Positions 1-10,862 of a stretch of DNA of 64,000 bases are shown here, piece by piece (position 1 is the first letter of the stretch; every line of letters begins with the position of its first letter). The notes beneath the pieces are model-generated. The model was not told where the DNA came from, ran no database searches, and worked only from the letters and a program-made list of their open reading frames with translations. The stretch covers positions 10,564 to 74,563 of the forward strand of contig JALUIX010000058.1 in assembly GCA_027057345.1 (NCBI GenBank), given 5' to 3'. The position numbers and the translations under genes were made by a program. Source of the DNA: Lysobacterales bacterium. Its GTDB lineage: Bacteria; Pseudomonadota; Gammaproteobacteria; Xanthomonadales; Marinicellaceae.

Positions 1-1320
1 GGCAGTGAAAGCCTGATCTGGTTCAATGAGCGCTGGCCCCAGTACCTGGAAAAATATCACCCAACGGCCTTTTTACAGTGGCCCATTAGCACCGGCTGGC
101 AGCTGCAAAAGGGATACGCCTGCCTGAAGCAGCCTATTCACGCCACCCTGGCACGACGATTGGCGCAGGTGGTGGCACAGTGGCAGCGCGTCAAACATCT
201 GATCACCGCTGTGGCCGATGAATACCGCCAGCAACACCTGAAACCCGGCAGCGATATTGACCTGCTCGGGAGCGTGCAACAGGCCTCGCATTATCGACCC
301 GAAAACCTGCAGATTGGTCCCTGTGATCCCAAAAATACCTGTGGCGTGCACAGTCAGCTGGAACCCAGCCGGGCCTTGCTGGCCCTGTTTCCCAATCACC
401 TGTTGCTGGCCGACCAGCTCAACCTGGGCACCATTCGCCTGTGCTACGACGACGTGGGGTGGGAAGACCGCGAAGCCGGCCCAACGCATTTGAGCAATCC
501 GGCCGTGGCCAATTACTATGGCCACCTGGCCTTGAGTCTGAAAGGCTTTTATAACGACAAACTGGTGTTTGCCCGCCGCATCCAGTCGCTGCAAAAGTAC
601 CACTACCTGTTTGGTCGCAACGATGACAAGGTGTTGCAATTGAGCTGCCCTTTGCCCATTCTCGGCGAGCAGATTGTCACCCAACTACCTGAAGGCACGC
701 ATGGCTTGTTGCCCAATCGCCTCACGTTTCTGACCGCGGCCCGCGCCAATGCCGATGCCATTGTGAAGCATAACTGGACCGACGGAGAAGAGTGGCGTGA
801 CCGGCTGGCAGATGATTTACGGGTCAAAGTTCTGGCCAGCAACTCATTGGATGACGTCAGGTTGCTGGTGGAAGAAAAATTCATCGAACACACCAGTGCG
901 GTGCAGAAAACCCTTTATGGCTTGCTGCTGGAACAACAGCAAGCGCGCAGCGAAACTCAACAAGCCTTGCTTGACGCGGCCAGAAAGTATCACCTGTATC
1001 GGCAACTGGTACAGGCCATGGCCAGCGTGTTTATCACCGACAAACTCCTGTTCGACCCCGCTGTGCATGGCATTTTCTATGGTAGCGAACGCCTGCCGGA
1101 TAGAGCCATGCTGGCGGGTTTCTATCGCCAGCAAATTGCCATCCGCGAAGCCAACGCACGCTTTGAACGCTATCAGGAAAAGGCCGTGCAAACCTGGCTG
1201 AAACAGCCGCAGGATGAGGCTGGTGAAAACGAAAGGAAGGCTTTCAGGGCACTGGACCCGGTGTTACTGAAACTGCTGGAGCAGAAAAACCGCGCCAGCA
1301 ACCCTTTAGGGAAGCTCTGA
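1..1320 (+). CDS. hypothetical protein, C-terminal 439 aa (5' end lies left of the window)
   Basis: Frame 1 has no stop from base 1, so the ORF listed from 160 enters from the window edge. No family motif recognised. The final codons GKL+TGA are supplied by MITE copy A. Confidence 0.55.
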   Translation, partial: GSESLIWFNERWPQYLEKYHPTAFLQWPISTGWQLQKGYACLKQPIHATLARRLAQVVAQWQRVKHLITAVADEYRQQHLKPGSDIDLLGSVQQASHYRPENLQIGPCDPKNTCGVHSQLEPSRALLALFPNHLLLADQLNLGTIRLCYDDVGWEDREAGPTHLSNPAVANYYGHLALSLKGFYNDKLVFARRIQSLQKYHYLFGRNDDKVLQLSCPLPILGEQIVTQLPEGTHGLLPNRLTFLTAARANADAIVKHNWTDGEEWRDRLADDLRVKVLASNSLDDVRLLVEEKFIEHTSAVQKTLYGLLLEQQQARSETQQALLDAARKYHLYRQLVQAMASVFITDKLLFDPAVHGIFYGSERLPDRAMLAGFYRQQIAIREANARFERYQEKAVQTWLKQPQDEAGENERKAFRALDPVLLKLLEQKNRASNPLGKL

Positions 1321-1470
1321 TTGAATCGTGACACGGCATCTTGCGGCTTAAAATCGTCCATTTCTGCGTTGCAAACCTTCACAATAGCCCTGCTATTGCG
1401 TGCGGTTTGCACCTTGAACTGAACAATTTTACACTCCAATCTGCTCGCGCCAGATTCAATCAGAGCTTCC
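1310..1470 (+). mobile_element. MITE copy A (subfamily 1, full length, 161 bp)
   Basis: Terminal inverted repeats GGAAGCTCTGATTGAATC ... GATTCAATCAGAGCTTCC. Flanking 4-mers TTAG / TTGG. Near-identical to the copies at 4129, 15023, 16753, 24612, 52426 and 53891. Strand is orientation relative to my arbitrary consensus. Confidence 0.85.
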
Positions 1471-1543
1471 TTGGCTGATGACTCCGGCAAGCCCTGAGAA
1501 CGATTGCCCGACTGAGAAAAACTGTGTAAAGCTCAGGTCTTTT

Positions 1544-2200
1544 CTAAGGAGCCTCGGTAGAAGTTCTGCCCTCGCCAGAAAAATGGCCGTGCTGCAGGAA
1601 GTGCACTACTTCCCGTTGCACTTCGTGGTTTTTCAATAACCCCAGGTGATTGGTGTTGACGGTGATGTGGTGCTGGAGCCAGTCAACCTGTGTTTCTTCG
1701 AGCCCCACCGTGCCGTCATTGGGGCCGGAAAAGCGTTTGACCAACTTACCGATGCCCCACGGCCAAATGCCGGCAATCATACCCGCATCGCGCGCAGGCC
1801 GCTGCGTGGCAGCACCCGTGGTCAAGGGCTCGGTGGCATGACCCAGCAGCCATTTGTGCACTCCCAGCTTTTGCAGCCGCTGTGCCACCTGCGAGCCGCG
1901 TATGGGTGAGCCCAACATCACCAGCCGACCGGGTTTGCGAATGTCCTTGAGCGCCCGCAGGCTCAGTGTGCCACCCATGCTATGCGCCACCAGGTGCACC
2001 ACGTCTTCCGGTCGGGAATTTACAAAAGCGGCCAGTTGCCGAACCACGCTGTCCAGGTCACGGCGCACCGTCGGGTAGCCAAAGACATAAACCCGGTAAC
2101 CGGCCTGTTTCAAGGCCTTGGCCAGTGCCTGCATGGTCCACGGCCGCATCCACAAGCCATGCACCAGCACCACCGCTTCTGATGCCGGTTTTTCAGCCAT
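1544..2200 (-). CDS. alpha/beta-fold hydrolase (lipase/esterase-like)
   Basis: VVLVHGLWM oxyanion region and AHSMGG nucleophile elbow. Start moved to MAEKP (ATG at 2200), which overlaps the aspS stop by 8 nt. Confidence 0.75.
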   Translation of the reverse strand: MAEKPASEAVVLVHGLWMRPWTMQALAKALKQAGYRVYVFGYPTVRRDLDSVVRQLAAFVNSRPEDVVHLVAHSMGGTLSLRALKDIRKPGRLVMLGSPIRGSQVAQRLQKLGVHKWLLGHATEPLTTGAATQRPARDAGMIAGIWPWGIGKLVKRFSGPNDGTVGLEETQVDWLQHHITVNTNHLGLLKNHEVQREVVHFLQHGHFSGEGRTSTEAP

Positions 2201-4001
2201 TGGCGTCGCCTTCGTTCTGGTTCGGCTGCTCTTCCTCTTCCGGCAGCACCGCCTGTACATGCACTTCGGCCAGCTGCTGGGCCGGAATCGGTGAGGGCGC
2301 TTCTGTCAGCGGACAGCTGGCGCTGGCGGTTTTGGGAAAAGCAATCACTTCGCGAATGGAATCTACGCCGCACATGAGGGTGGCCAGGCGATCCAGACCA
2401 AAGGCAATGCCGCCGTGTGGCGGTGCACCGTATTCGAGGGCTTCCAGCAAAAAGCCGAATTTCTGCTCGGCTTCCTCAGGCGTAATGCCCAGCAAGTCAA
2501 ACACCGCGCGCTGCATGGCCGGGTTGTGGATACGAATGGAACCGCCGCCCAGTTCCACGCCGTTCATGACCATGTCATAGCCCTTGGACAAGGCCGCTTG
2601 CGGATTGGCACGCAGGCTTTCCACATCCCCGGTCGGTGCGGTGAATGGGTGGTGCAAGGCGTCCCAGCGTTTTTCGTCCTGGTTGTATTCAAACATGGGG
2701 AAATCCACAACCCACAACGGTTTCCACTGGCCTTCCAGCAAGTCCAGGTCTTCGCCCAGCTTGAGGCGCAGGGCGCCCATGTACTGGCTCACCGAATCGG
2801 CATCGCCGGCGCCAAAGAAAATCAGATCGCCATTCTCGGCTCCAGTGGCTTCAAGAATGGCCGTCAGGGCGGCTTCATCCAGAAACTTGACAATGGGGGA
2901 CTGCAAGCCGTCGCGACCCTGAGCCTTGTCATTGACCTTGATCCAGGCCAGGCCGCGGGCACCGTAACGGGCCACAAACGGGGCGTAATCGTCTATCTGT
3001 TTGCGGGTAAAACGCTCGCCACCTTTTGGCACCTTCAAAGCCACTACACGGCCATTGGGATCGGCCGCAGGCATGGCAAACACCTTGAATTCACTGTCCT
3101 TGACCGCATCGGCAATATCCACCAGTTCCAGCGGGTTGCGCAGGTCGGGTTTGTCTGAGCCGTAGCGGCGCATGGCTTCAGCCCAGGTCATGCGCGGGAA
3201 TGGGTTTGGCAAGTCCACATCCAGCACGGTTTTGAAAGTGTGACGGATGAGGTTTTCGGCCATTTCCAGCACGTCTTCCTGATCCACAAAGGCCATCTCG
3301 ATGTCCAGCTGGGTAAATTCCGGCTGGCGGTCGGCGCGCAGGTCTTCGTCGCGAAAACAGCGGGCAATCTGGTAATAGCGGTCCATGCCGGACATCATCA
3401 GCAGCTGCTTGAACAGTTGCGGGGATTGCGGCAAGGCATAGAACTTGCCTGGCTGGACGCGTGCCGGCACCAGAAAATCGCGCGCGCCTTCGGGCGTGGC
3501 CTTGGTGAGTACCGGCGTTTCAATGTCGAGAAAATCGCGCTCATCCAGGTGGTTGCGCAGTGCCCGTGTCAAGCGGGAACGCAGGCGAATGTTGTGCTGC
3601 ATCTGCGGGCGGCGTAAATCCAGGTAACGGTGTTTAAGGCGAATGGCTTCACCGGCTTCTTCGTCCAGCATAAACGGCAAGGGTTTGGACGGGTTGAGCA
3701 CTTCATAGTCGTCCACCACCACTTCGATGGCGCCGGTGCCTAACCGCTCGTTAACCTGCCCCTCGGGCCGGGGCCGGACGGTGCCACGCACACGCAGGCA
3801 GTATTCGTACCGGGCCTTGTCGGCAATGGCAAAGGCTGTTTCATTATCCGGCTCGACCACCACCTGCACAATGCCGCTGTGGTCGCGCAGGTCGATAAAA
3901 ATCACCCCGCCATGATCCCGGCGCTTGTCCACCCAGCCGCATAATTCAACCTGTTGGCCGAGTCTGGTTTCGTCTACCTGTCCGCATAAATCGCTGCGCA
4001 T
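2193..4001 (-). CDS. aspS: aspartate--tRNA ligase
   Basis: OB-fold N-terminus [19 protein letters not shown]; class II motifs [18 protein letters not shown] and GGGSIRIH. Start set at MRSDLCGQV (ATG 4001) rather than the longer ORF. Confidence 0.95.
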   Translation of the reverse strand: MRSDLCGQVDETRLGQQVELCGWVDKRRDHGGVIFIDLRDHSGIVQVVVEPDNETAFAIADKARYEYCLRVRGTVRPRPEGQVNERLGTGAIEVVVDDYEVLNPSKPLPFMLDEEAGEAIRLKHRYLDLRRPQMQHNIRLRSRLTRALRNHLDERDFLDIETPVLTKATPEGARDFLVPARVQPGKFYALPQSPQLFKQLLMMSGMDRYYQIARCFRDEDLRADRQPEFTQLDIEMAFVDQEDVLEMAENLIRHTFKTVLDVDLPNPFPRMTWAEAMRRYGSDKPDLRNPLELVDIADAVKDSEFKVFAMPAADPNGRVVALKVPKGGERFTRKQIDDYAPFVARYGARGLAWIKVNDKAQGRDGLQSPIVKFLDEAALTAILEATGAENGDLIFFGAGDADSVSQYMGALRLKLGEDLDLLEGQWKPLWVVDFPMFEYNQDEKRWDALHHPFTAPTGDVESLRANPQAALSKGYDMVMNGVELGGGSIRIHNPAMQRAVFDLLGITPEEAEQKFGFLLEALEYGAPPHGGIAFGLDRLATLMCGVDSIREVIAFPKTASASCPLTEAPSPIPAQQLAEVHVQAVLPEEEEQPNQNEGDANG

Positions 4002-4128
4002 GAGTCTGGTTCCTGATATTGCGTTGGAAAACCGCACATGATACCGCCAATGGCCCCGTTTTTACAGGCCACAAGGCGGTTTTACGTGGTTTTTCAGCCT
4101 CTGCTGGCGCTGTGGGAGTGGCCTTTGA

Positions 4129-4287
4129 GGAAGCGCTGATTGAATCTGATGCGAGCAGATTGGAGTGTAAAATTGCTCAGTTCAAGGCGCAAACCGCACG
4201 CAATAGCAAGCTATTGTGAAGGTTTGCAACGCAGAAATGGACGATTTTACGCCGCAAGATGCCGTGTCACGATTCGATCAGGCTTCC
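4129..4287 (-). mobile_element. MITE copy B (subfamily 1, 159 bp)
   Basis: Same termini and core as copy A in inverted orientation. Flanks TTGA / TTAA. One-base deletion in the right-hand terminal repeat. Confidence 0.85.
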
Positions 4288-4769
4288 TTAAGAATAGTGA
4301 CGAAATTGCAGGGTTTGTGCGCAGCATCCAGTTGTTCAGCCAGAATCCGGGTCCAGGCCGTGCGGCAGGCGCCAGTGGAGCCCGGCAAGCAGAAAATCAG
4401 GGTGTTGTTGGCCAGCCCGCCCAAGGCCCGCGACTGAATGGTGGAAGTGCCAATTTCTTCGTAGGACAACTGACGGAACAACTCACCAAAACCTTCCACC
4501 TGCTTGTCCAGCAAGGGTTGAACGGCTTCGGGGGTCGAGTCCCGCCCGGAAAAACCAGTGCCGCCGGTGAGCAGCACCACGTCGGTGTTTTCATCGGCAA
4601 TGGCATCACTGACGAGTTTGCGAATCTGGTAAATGTCATCCTTGACAATATCATGGGCCAACACGCGATGGCCGGCGGCCCCGGCGGCTTCGCGCAAATA
4701 GGCGCCGGAGGTGTCGGTTTCCGGTGTGCGGGTGTCGCTGACTGTGAGCACGCGAATATTCAGGCTCAT
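4278..4769 (-). CDS. moaB: molybdenum cofactor biosynthesis protein B (MogA/MoaB family)
   Basis: LTVSDTR and LLTGGTGFSGRD motifs, 163 aa. The last codons (KEA) plus TGA lie inside MITE copy B. Confidence 0.8.
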   Translation of the reverse strand: MSLNIRVLTVSDTRTPETDTSGAYLREAAGAAGHRVLAHDIVKDDIYQIRKLVSDAIADENTDVVLLTGGTGFSGRDSTPEAVQPLLDKQVEGFGELFRQLSYEEIGTSTIQSRALGGLANNTLIFCLPGSTGACRTAWTRILAEQLDAAHKPCNFVTILKEA

Positions 4770-4793
4770 GCGAAAATCTCCAGGCTGGGCCGG

Positions 4794-5081
4794 TCAGTCG
4801 CCGGAAATGTAGTCCGGGCCTTTGCCGGCGGTTTTCTCGTACACGCCCTTGCCCACCTTGCGGTACTGGGTAAAGCCGTGTTTTTCCAGGTGACTCTGGC
4901 TATTCAGGCGCGCGCTGCCAGCGGCCACATTGGCCGCCGTGATGACCTTGCGCAGCGGCGCCTGGCAGCGGGGGCAGGCAATCAATGGCGCATCGGCCAT
5001 TTTCTGCATCACCTCAAAGCCCCGGGCGCACTGGTCGCACCCGGGGTGAGCGGCAAGCACCTGATAACGGTAAATGGGCAT
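4794..5081 (-). CDS. FmdB-family zinc-ribbon protein
   Basis: N-terminus MPIYRYQ with paired CxxC motifs (CDQC ... CPRC), 95 aa. Confidence 0.75.
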   Translation of the reverse strand: MPIYRYQVLAAHPGCDQCARGFEVMQKMADAPLIACPRCQAPLRKVITAANVAAGSARLNSQSHLEKHGFTQYRKVGKGVYEKTAGKGPDYISGD

Positions 5082-5086
5082 AGAGG

Positions 5087-6835
5087 TTAGTGGATTCCGT
5101 GCATTTTCTTCTTCAAGAATGGGGTCAGGGCCAACATAATCAAGCCCGCGGCCACTGGCAGCACGGTAAAAATCAGGAAGAAAGAACTCAAGCCATACTG
5201 GGCCGAAATGGTATCAATCAGGCTACCAGTCACGCCGGCCAGCTTGTTGGCCGCGGCATTTGATAGAAACCAGATGCCAAACATCAGGCCAACCAGTCGC
5301 GATGGCGACAATTTACTCACGTAGGACAGCCCCACCGGTGACAACGACAGTTCCCCCATGGTGTGAAACCAGTAGGCGATGACCAGAAACCAGAGGCTGA
5401 CCGAAGCAGTGGCCGCGCCCTTGGGAATGGTGGATGCGCCATAAGCCAGCACCGCAAAACCAGCCCCGAGCAAAAACAGGCCCAGAGCAAACTTAACCGG
5501 CGCCGAGGGGTTAAACCGGCTTTCCCAGATACGCGAAAATAAGGGCGCAAAGGCGATAATAAAGAACGAATTGAGAATCCCGAACCAGGAGGCAGCCACT
5601 TCCACCTCGCCGGCTATTTTGGCCTTCACCACGGCTTCAATCAGGTTGTCAAACTTGGGAATATCGGCATCTTCGATAATGCGGAACTTGTCTTCATCCA
5701 GCTTCAGCAGGTGCAGTTTGTCACCGGGTTTCAAGTCCGGATTACTGACCCGCACCTTGGTCACCACCTCGGTGTTATCAGCCTCATAGCTCACCTGGTA
5801 GGCCGTGGAGGTCAGCTGGTTGTAGACCATCCACAGGGCTATGATCCAGATCAGGGCAAAAGCCCCGGCCAGAATCAGGTTACTGATCGGAATGTAGCGG
5901 AAGGTGGACTTGAACAGCAGAAACAGCACGTAGGTGATGATCGCGATGGGCCCGAGAGTCAAGGCGGTGTTCACCCACACAAACCAGCTGGCCGCCTCAC
6001 CGGTCAGGACGCGTTGGGTGTAATCCTTGGCGAAGATGGTCATGGACCCGCCCGCCTGCTCAAAGGCCATCCAGAAGAAAATGGTAAAAAAGGCCAGCAC
6101 ACCAATCACTATCAGGCGGTCCCGCACCACGGTGGGGTTTTCTTCTTCCACTTCGGGGTCTTCGGGCTTGTCCACTTCGGCGAGGGCCGAGGGTTTGGCG
6201 CCAATGTCACCAAACATTTTCTGGGCAAAAATAAACTGCATCATACCCAGAAACATGAAAATGCCCGCCAGGCCAAAACCATAATGCCAACCCACGGTTT
6301 CGCCAATGTAGCCACACAGCAAAATGCCCAGAAAAGCACCGGCATTGATACCCATGTAAAAGATGGTGTAAGCGCCGTCCTTGCGATCACTGCCTTTGGA
6401 ATACAGGCCGCCGACGATGGAAGAAATATTGGGCTTGAACAGGCCGTTACCGGAAATCAGCAAGCCCAGCCCGGTGTAAAAGAAAAAGGGCGTGTCCATG
6501 GCCATGGAAGCGTGTCCCAGGGTCATCAACAAGGCGCCGATGATCACCGCCAGACGAAAGCCCAGCAGCTTGTCGGCCAGATAGCCGCCCAGAATCGGCG
6601 TCAGGTAAACCAGCCCGGTGTAGGTGCCATACAGGCTCAGGGCTTCCTCACGCGGCCAGCCCCAGCCATTGGCGGACAGGTCACTGACCAGAAACAGCAC
6701 CAGCAAGGCGCGCATGCCGTAATAACTGAAACGTTCCCACATTTCGGTAAAGAACAGAATAAACAACCCGGCCGGGTGATTCATCACTTCTACCGGCGGA
6801 ATGCCATGGCGGGACATGGTGGCACTTTGATTCAT
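5087..6835 (-). CDS. POT/PTR2-family proton-dependent oligopeptide transporter
   Basis: PTR2 signature FTEMWERFSYYGMRALLVLFL and multiple TM helices. Carries a ~70-aa hydrophilic insertion (YEADNTEVVTKVRV...KAKIAGEVE). Confidence 0.9.
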   Translation of the reverse strand: MNQSATMSRHGIPPVEVMNHPAGLFILFFTEMWERFSYYGMRALLVLFLVSDLSANGWGWPREEALSLYGTYTGLVYLTPILGGYLADKLLGFRLAVIIGALLMTLGHASMAMDTPFFFYTGLGLLISGNGLFKPNISSIVGGLYSKGSDRKDGAYTIFYMGINAGAFLGILLCGYIGETVGWHYGFGLAGIFMFLGMMQFIFAQKMFGDIGAKPSALAEVDKPEDPEVEEENPTVVRDRLIVIGVLAFFTIFFWMAFEQAGGSMTIFAKDYTQRVLTGEAASWFVWVNTALTLGPIAIITYVLFLLFKSTFRYIPISNLILAGAFALIWIIALWMVYNQLTSTAYQVSYEADNTEVVTKVRVSNPDLKPGDKLHLLKLDEDKFRIIEDADIPKFDNLIEAVVKAKIAGEVEVAASWFGILNSFFIIAFAPLFSRIWESRFNPSAPVKFALGLFLLGAGFAVLAYGASTIPKGAATASVSLWFLVIAYWFHTMGELSLSPVGLSYVSKLSPSRLVGLMFGIWFLSNAAANKLAGVTGSLIDTISAQYGLSSFFLIFTVLPVAAGLIMLALTPFLKKKMHGIH

Positions 6836-7090
6836 TGGTTTAACCCTCGCTACTGGTGGCGTTTAACAACAGAAAAAAAGCAAATCTGAATTTTTCTCTC
6901 ACTTAATCAGGGAAGGCACGGACTCGGTTTATGGTCTCAATCCTCACACCTGATCGGAAAAAAGGCGCTCAAGGGCCGGAAAAACTTTGGCCTGACGCGC
7001 AAAGCGTTTTATCATAGCACAAGCCCGAAAACCGCCAGCCATGGCGCCTGGCCCTGATGCCAGACAACTGAACCTTTGCAGGAAACCACC

Positions 7091-9421
7091 ATGCCTTCTT
7101 TTTTCTCTCGCCTGATCCTTGCCGCCAGCCTGCTTTCGCCGCTGGCTCAGGGTGCCAACACCACCTGGCAGGACAAGTTCCGCCAACTGGACGAAGTGCT
7201 GCCCACGCCCAACGAACAACGCACCGCCAGTGGCGCACCGGCGCACGCCTATTGGCAACAACGCGCCGATTACGTCATTGATGTGACACTGGATGAGAAA
7301 AACAAACGCCTCACCGGCTCCGAACTCATCACCTACCACAATAATTCACCCGATGCCCTGCCGTACCTATGGGTGCAACTGGATCAGAACCGCTACGCCC
7401 ATCATTCACGCGGCCTGCTGGCGCAAACCGCGCCGAATTTTGACAAATTTCCCTATTCGAACCTGACGGCCTTGCTGACCCTGGAAAAGCACAACGGCGG
7501 GGTCCACATCACCGCGGTCAAGGACAACCAGGGCCAGCCACTGGCACACACCATCAATGGCACCATGATGCGCATTGACCTGCCCCAGGCGCTGAAACCT
7601 GGGCACAGCACGCAATTCAGTATTGACTGGTGGTACAACGAGCTGGACGCCACCAAAGTGCGGGCGCGCGGCGGCTATGAATGTTTCGAAAAAGACGGCA
7701 ACTGCATTTTTGAAATTTCGCGCTGGTACCCGCGCATGGCCGCATACATGGACGTCACCGGCTGGCAGAACAAACCCTTCCTGGGCAGTGGCGAATTCAC
7801 CCTCGACATGGGCAACTTTGTGGTCAACATCACAGTGCCGGAAGACCACGTGGTGGCTGCTACCGGCGTGTTGCAAAACCACGAGGAGGTACTTGACAGC
7901 ACCCAGCGGCAACGCCTGCAAAAAGCCAGAACCGCCAAAAAACCGGTGTTTGTGGTCACGCCAAAAGAAGCCCGGCGAAATGAAAAGTCCCGCCCCAAAG
8001 GCAACAAAACCTGGCTGTTCAAGGCCGATAATGTGCGTGATTTTGCCTGGGCCTCCTCACGCAAGTTCATCTGGGACGCGCAAGGTTACCAACAAGGCGA
8101 TGGCTCGGTTTTGGCCATGAGCTTTTACCCCAACGAGGCCGAACCCCTGTGGAGCCGCTATTCCACCCCGGCCATCATCCACACCATGAAGGTCTATTCC
8201 AAATACACTTTTGATTATCCCTGGCCGGTGGCGCAATCGGTCAATGGCCCGGTGGGCGGCATGGAATACCCCATGATCTCCTTCAACGCGCCGCGCCCGG
8301 AAGAAGACGGCACCTACTATGGCCAAGCCGGCAAAAACAAACCCTGGAAACACAGCAAATACGGCCTGATTTCCGTGATTATCCACGAAGTGGGTCACAA
8401 CTACTTTCCCATGGCCGTGAATTCCGATGAACGTCAGTGGACCTGGATGGACGAAGGACTGAACACCTTTCTGCAGTTTCTGGCCGAGCAGGAATGGGAA
8501 GAAGACTACCCCAGCCGCCGTGGTGAACCGCGCGATATTGTCGACTACATGGTGTCGGACAATCAGGTGCCCATCATGACCAATTCCGAGTCCCTGTTGC
8601 AGTTTGGCAATAACGCCTACGCCAAACCGGCCACCGCCTTGAACATTCTGCGTGAAACCATTCTCGGCCGGGAACTATTCGATTACGCCTTTCGTGAGTA
8701 CGCCAGGCGCTGGAAATTCAAGCACCCCATGCCGGCGGATTTTTTCCGCACCATGGAAGACGCCTCGGCCGTGGACCTGGACTGGTTCTGGCGTGGCTGG
8801 TTCTATACCACCGATCACGTGGACATTGGCATCAACGGCGTGCACCTGTACCAGATGGACACAGGCAACCCGGAAATCGACAAGGCCAACCGCAAAAAAG
8901 ACAAAGCCGAAGAGCCTGTTTCCATCACCACACAGCGCAACCGAGGCATGCCGCGACTGGTGGACAGCCACCCGGAGCTGAAAGATTTTTATAACGATTT
9001 TGATGAAGAATTCGACGTCTTGCCCACAGACATCGAAGACTACAAGGACAAACTGGACGCCCTGGAACCCGATGAACGCCTGCTGCTGAAAACCCGCCGC
9101 AATTTCTACGTGGTGGATTTTGAAAACCACGGTGGGCTGGTGATGCCCATCATCCTGAAAATCACCTACGACGATGGCAGCAATGAAATCCTGCGCATCC
9201 CGGCAGAAATCTGGCGCAAAAACCCCAGGCGCGTTTCCAAACTGTTGATGACGCCGGAAAACCGCCACATCACGGCGCTGGAAGTGGACCCCTACCTGGA
9301 AACCGCGGATGCCAACCTGAACAACAACCGCTGGCCGGCCAAACTGATCAAGTCCCGTTTCCAGCTCTGGAAAGAAGAAAAACACAAAAACGCCATGCAA
9401 AAAAAGCGCGGCGACAAATAG
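7091..9421 (+). CDS. secreted M1-family (gluzincin) metallopeptidase
   Basis: HEVGHNYF ... WMDEGLN (HEXXH-18-E). N-terminal signal peptide MPSFFSRLILAASLLSPLAQG. Start moved from TTG 7076 to ATG 7091. Confidence 0.85.
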   Translation: MPSFFSRLILAASLLSPLAQGANTTWQDKFRQLDEVLPTPNEQRTASGAPAHAYWQQRADYVIDVTLDEKNKRLTGSELITYHNNSPDALPYLWVQLDQNRYAHHSRGLLAQTAPNFDKFPYSNLTALLTLEKHNGGVHITAVKDNQGQPLAHTINGTMMRIDLPQALKPGHSTQFSIDWWYNELDATKVRARGGYECFEKDGNCIFEISRWYPRMAAYMDVTGWQNKPFLGSGEFTLDMGNFVVNITVPEDHVVAATGVLQNHEEVLDSTQRQRLQKARTAKKPVFVVTPKEARRNEKSRPKGNKTWLFKADNVRDFAWASSRKFIWDAQGYQQGDGSVLAMSFYPNEAEPLWSRYSTPAIIHTMKVYSKYTFDYPWPVAQSVNGPVGGMEYPMISFNAPRPEEDGTYYGQAGKNKPWKHSKYGLISVIIHEVGHNYFPMAVNSDERQWTWMDEGLNTFLQFLAEQEWEEDYPSRRGEPRDIVDYMVSDNQVPIMTNSESLLQFGNNAYAKPATALNILRETILGRELFDYAFREYARRWKFKHPMPADFFRTMEDASAVDLDWFWRGWFYTTDHVDIGINGVHLYQMDTGNPEIDKANRKKDKAEEPVSITTQRNRGMPRLVDSHPELKDFYNDFDEEFDVLPTDIEDYKDKLDALEPDERLLLKTRRNFYVVDFENHGGLVMPIILKITYDDGSNEILRIPAEIWRKNPRRVSKLLMTPENRHITALEVDPYLETADANLNNNRWPAKLIKSRFQLWKEEKHKNAMQKKRGDK

Positions 9422-9462
9422 CCATCACTCCCCTGCTATCATTCCATCATTCAAGGAAACCC

Positions 9463-10146
9463 ATGCCCGAATACCCAAAGCTCAAAGACAAGGTGGTGCT
9501 GGTCACCGGCGCCACCGGCGGCCTGGGTGCCGCGCTGACCCTGCGTCTGACGCACAATGGCTGCACCGTCATCGCCTTGGACAAGAACCCCAAGGTGCTG
9601 AATGAAATGGCCGACCACGTGCAGGCAGAAACCGGCCATGAACCCATCCTCTACCCCATGGACCTGCTGGGTGCCACGCCGGATGACTTTGCTCAGCTGG
9701 CACATGCCATTGCGGACAAGCTGCCGTCACTGGACGCCCTGGTGCACACCGCCGTGGCCTTTTCCGGGCTGACGCCCTTTGAACACTACGAACCCACGCG
9801 CTGGCTGAAGGAAATCCAGACCAACCTGAACTCACCGGCCTTTCTCACCCAGGCCCTGCTGCCAGCGCTGAAAGCCAGCCAGGGCACCGTGGTATTTACC
9901 GGCGAAAACCCGCAACTGCCACACAAAGCCTACTGGGGCGCCTATGGCGCGTCCAAAGCCGCCATTATGGCGCTGGCCGACATGCTGGCTGAAGAGCTGG
10001 ACAGCAGTGGCGTCACGGTGAAAACCGTGATCCCGCCGCCCATGCACACGCGCCATCGCGCCAAGGCCTGGCCCGGCGAAGACCCCGCCACCCTGGCCAG
10101 CCCCTTGCAAGTGGCCGAAACCTACCTGGAGATTCTTGGCGGTTGA
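9463..10146 (+). CDS. SDR-family oxidoreductase
   Basis: VTGATGGLG cofactor motif and YGASKAA catalytic YxxxK. Confidence 0.85.
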   Translation: MPEYPKLKDKVVLVTGATGGLGAALTLRLTHNGCTVIALDKNPKVLNEMADHVQAETGHEPILYPMDLLGATPDDFAQLAHAIADKLPSLDALVHTAVAFSGLTPFEHYEPTRWLKEIQTNLNSPAFLTQALLPALKASQGTVVFTGENPQLPHKAYWGAYGASKAAIMALADMLAEELDSSGVTVKTVIPPPMHTRHRAKAWPGEDPATLASPLQVAETYLEILGG

Positions 10147-10246
10147 TTGTGCCAGGATGACCGGGCGTGAATCCTGCATGGACTCACCAGGTCAGTCACA
10201 AAAAAGTGCTGACCCACACTTTGGCTTGTCCCAACAGGAAGACTGG

Positions 10247-10738
10247 CTAATCGTTCGGATAGTCGTTCCGGGCCAGGGATGAGGCCGGGGCCAGCGTGGT
10301 GGCCGTCGGCTGGCAGCGGGCAGAAACCACCCCTTTTTTCCGCAACCGTTGAATAACGGTGCTGGCTAAATCCGCGTGGTACTTTTCGGCTGTTTCTGCC
10401 TCGGCCTGGATATCGCACACCAGTTGCGACAATTCCGCAGACGTCACGTCTTCAAAACGCGCGCGCCCATCAAGCAGGATTGAGGTATCCAGCGCGCCCA
10501 GATCACCGATCGCGTTCAGCAAGGCCTTGTTGCGGGCTGCCTGCAAGCGACCGGCGGCGATCAGGTCATGGATTGCCTTGTTGTGCTTGAGCCGGGCAAT
10601 GGCCCCATCCTGCGGCCTGAAAGTGTCCCGGGCCAGAGAATAACCAAAATACGTGCCGGCCAAACCCGCCAGCAACAGCATTACCACCGCGCCAAGGGCA
10701 AAAGCAATCCGGTTTTTTCTGTTTATGGGTTTGTTCAT
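10247..10738 (-). CDS. membrane-anchored hypothetical protein (paralog 1)
   Basis: One N-terminal TM helix. Shares HDLIxxGRLxxAR, ELSxLxC(D/E)I and C-terminal C(Q/E)P with the next gene. Start at MNKPINR (ATG 10738) preceded by GAGG. Confidence 0.6.
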   Translation of the reverse strand: MNKPINRKNRIAFALGAVVMLLLAGLAGTYFGYSLARDTFRPQDGAIARLKHNKAIHDLIAAGRLQAARNKALLNAIGDLGALDTSILLDGRARFEDVTSAELSQLVCDIQAEAETAEKYHADLASTVIQRLRKKGVVSARCQPTATTLAPASSLARNDYPND

Positions 10739-10862
10739 GGACACCTCACAATCAACGGTTATCACACATCAATCAGATTATCTTGCCAGGACGGGGTCAA
10801 CCGGGGTTTTTCCGGGATAAATGGCAAAATGCAAGCAATTCTGTTTCCCAAACAGGCCGGTG

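Noticed and set aside
5711-6889. 392-aa ORF on the plus strand opposite the POT transporter. Similar long antisense ORFs lie at 15154-16098, 17313-18440, 25436-27016 and 35797-37071.
   Set aside because: Each lies entirely antisense to a gene with strong family motifs. Their translations are low-complexity (rich in G, R, H, Q, A), typical of shadow ORFs in GC-rich coding DNA. No ribosome-binding sites were seen.
8380-8392. DnaA-box-like TTATCCACG inside the M1 peptidase gene.
   Set aside because: It is a single 8/9 match that simply encodes the IIHE of the HEXXH active site. It is isolated and within coding sequence.
10185-10215. Hairpin GTCAGTCAC-AAAAAA-GTGCTGAC between the convergent SDR gene and the paralog-1 gene, considered as a bidirectional terminator.
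   Set aside because: The stem is short with a bulge, and there is no U-tract after the stem on either strand. Not enough support to call it a terminator.
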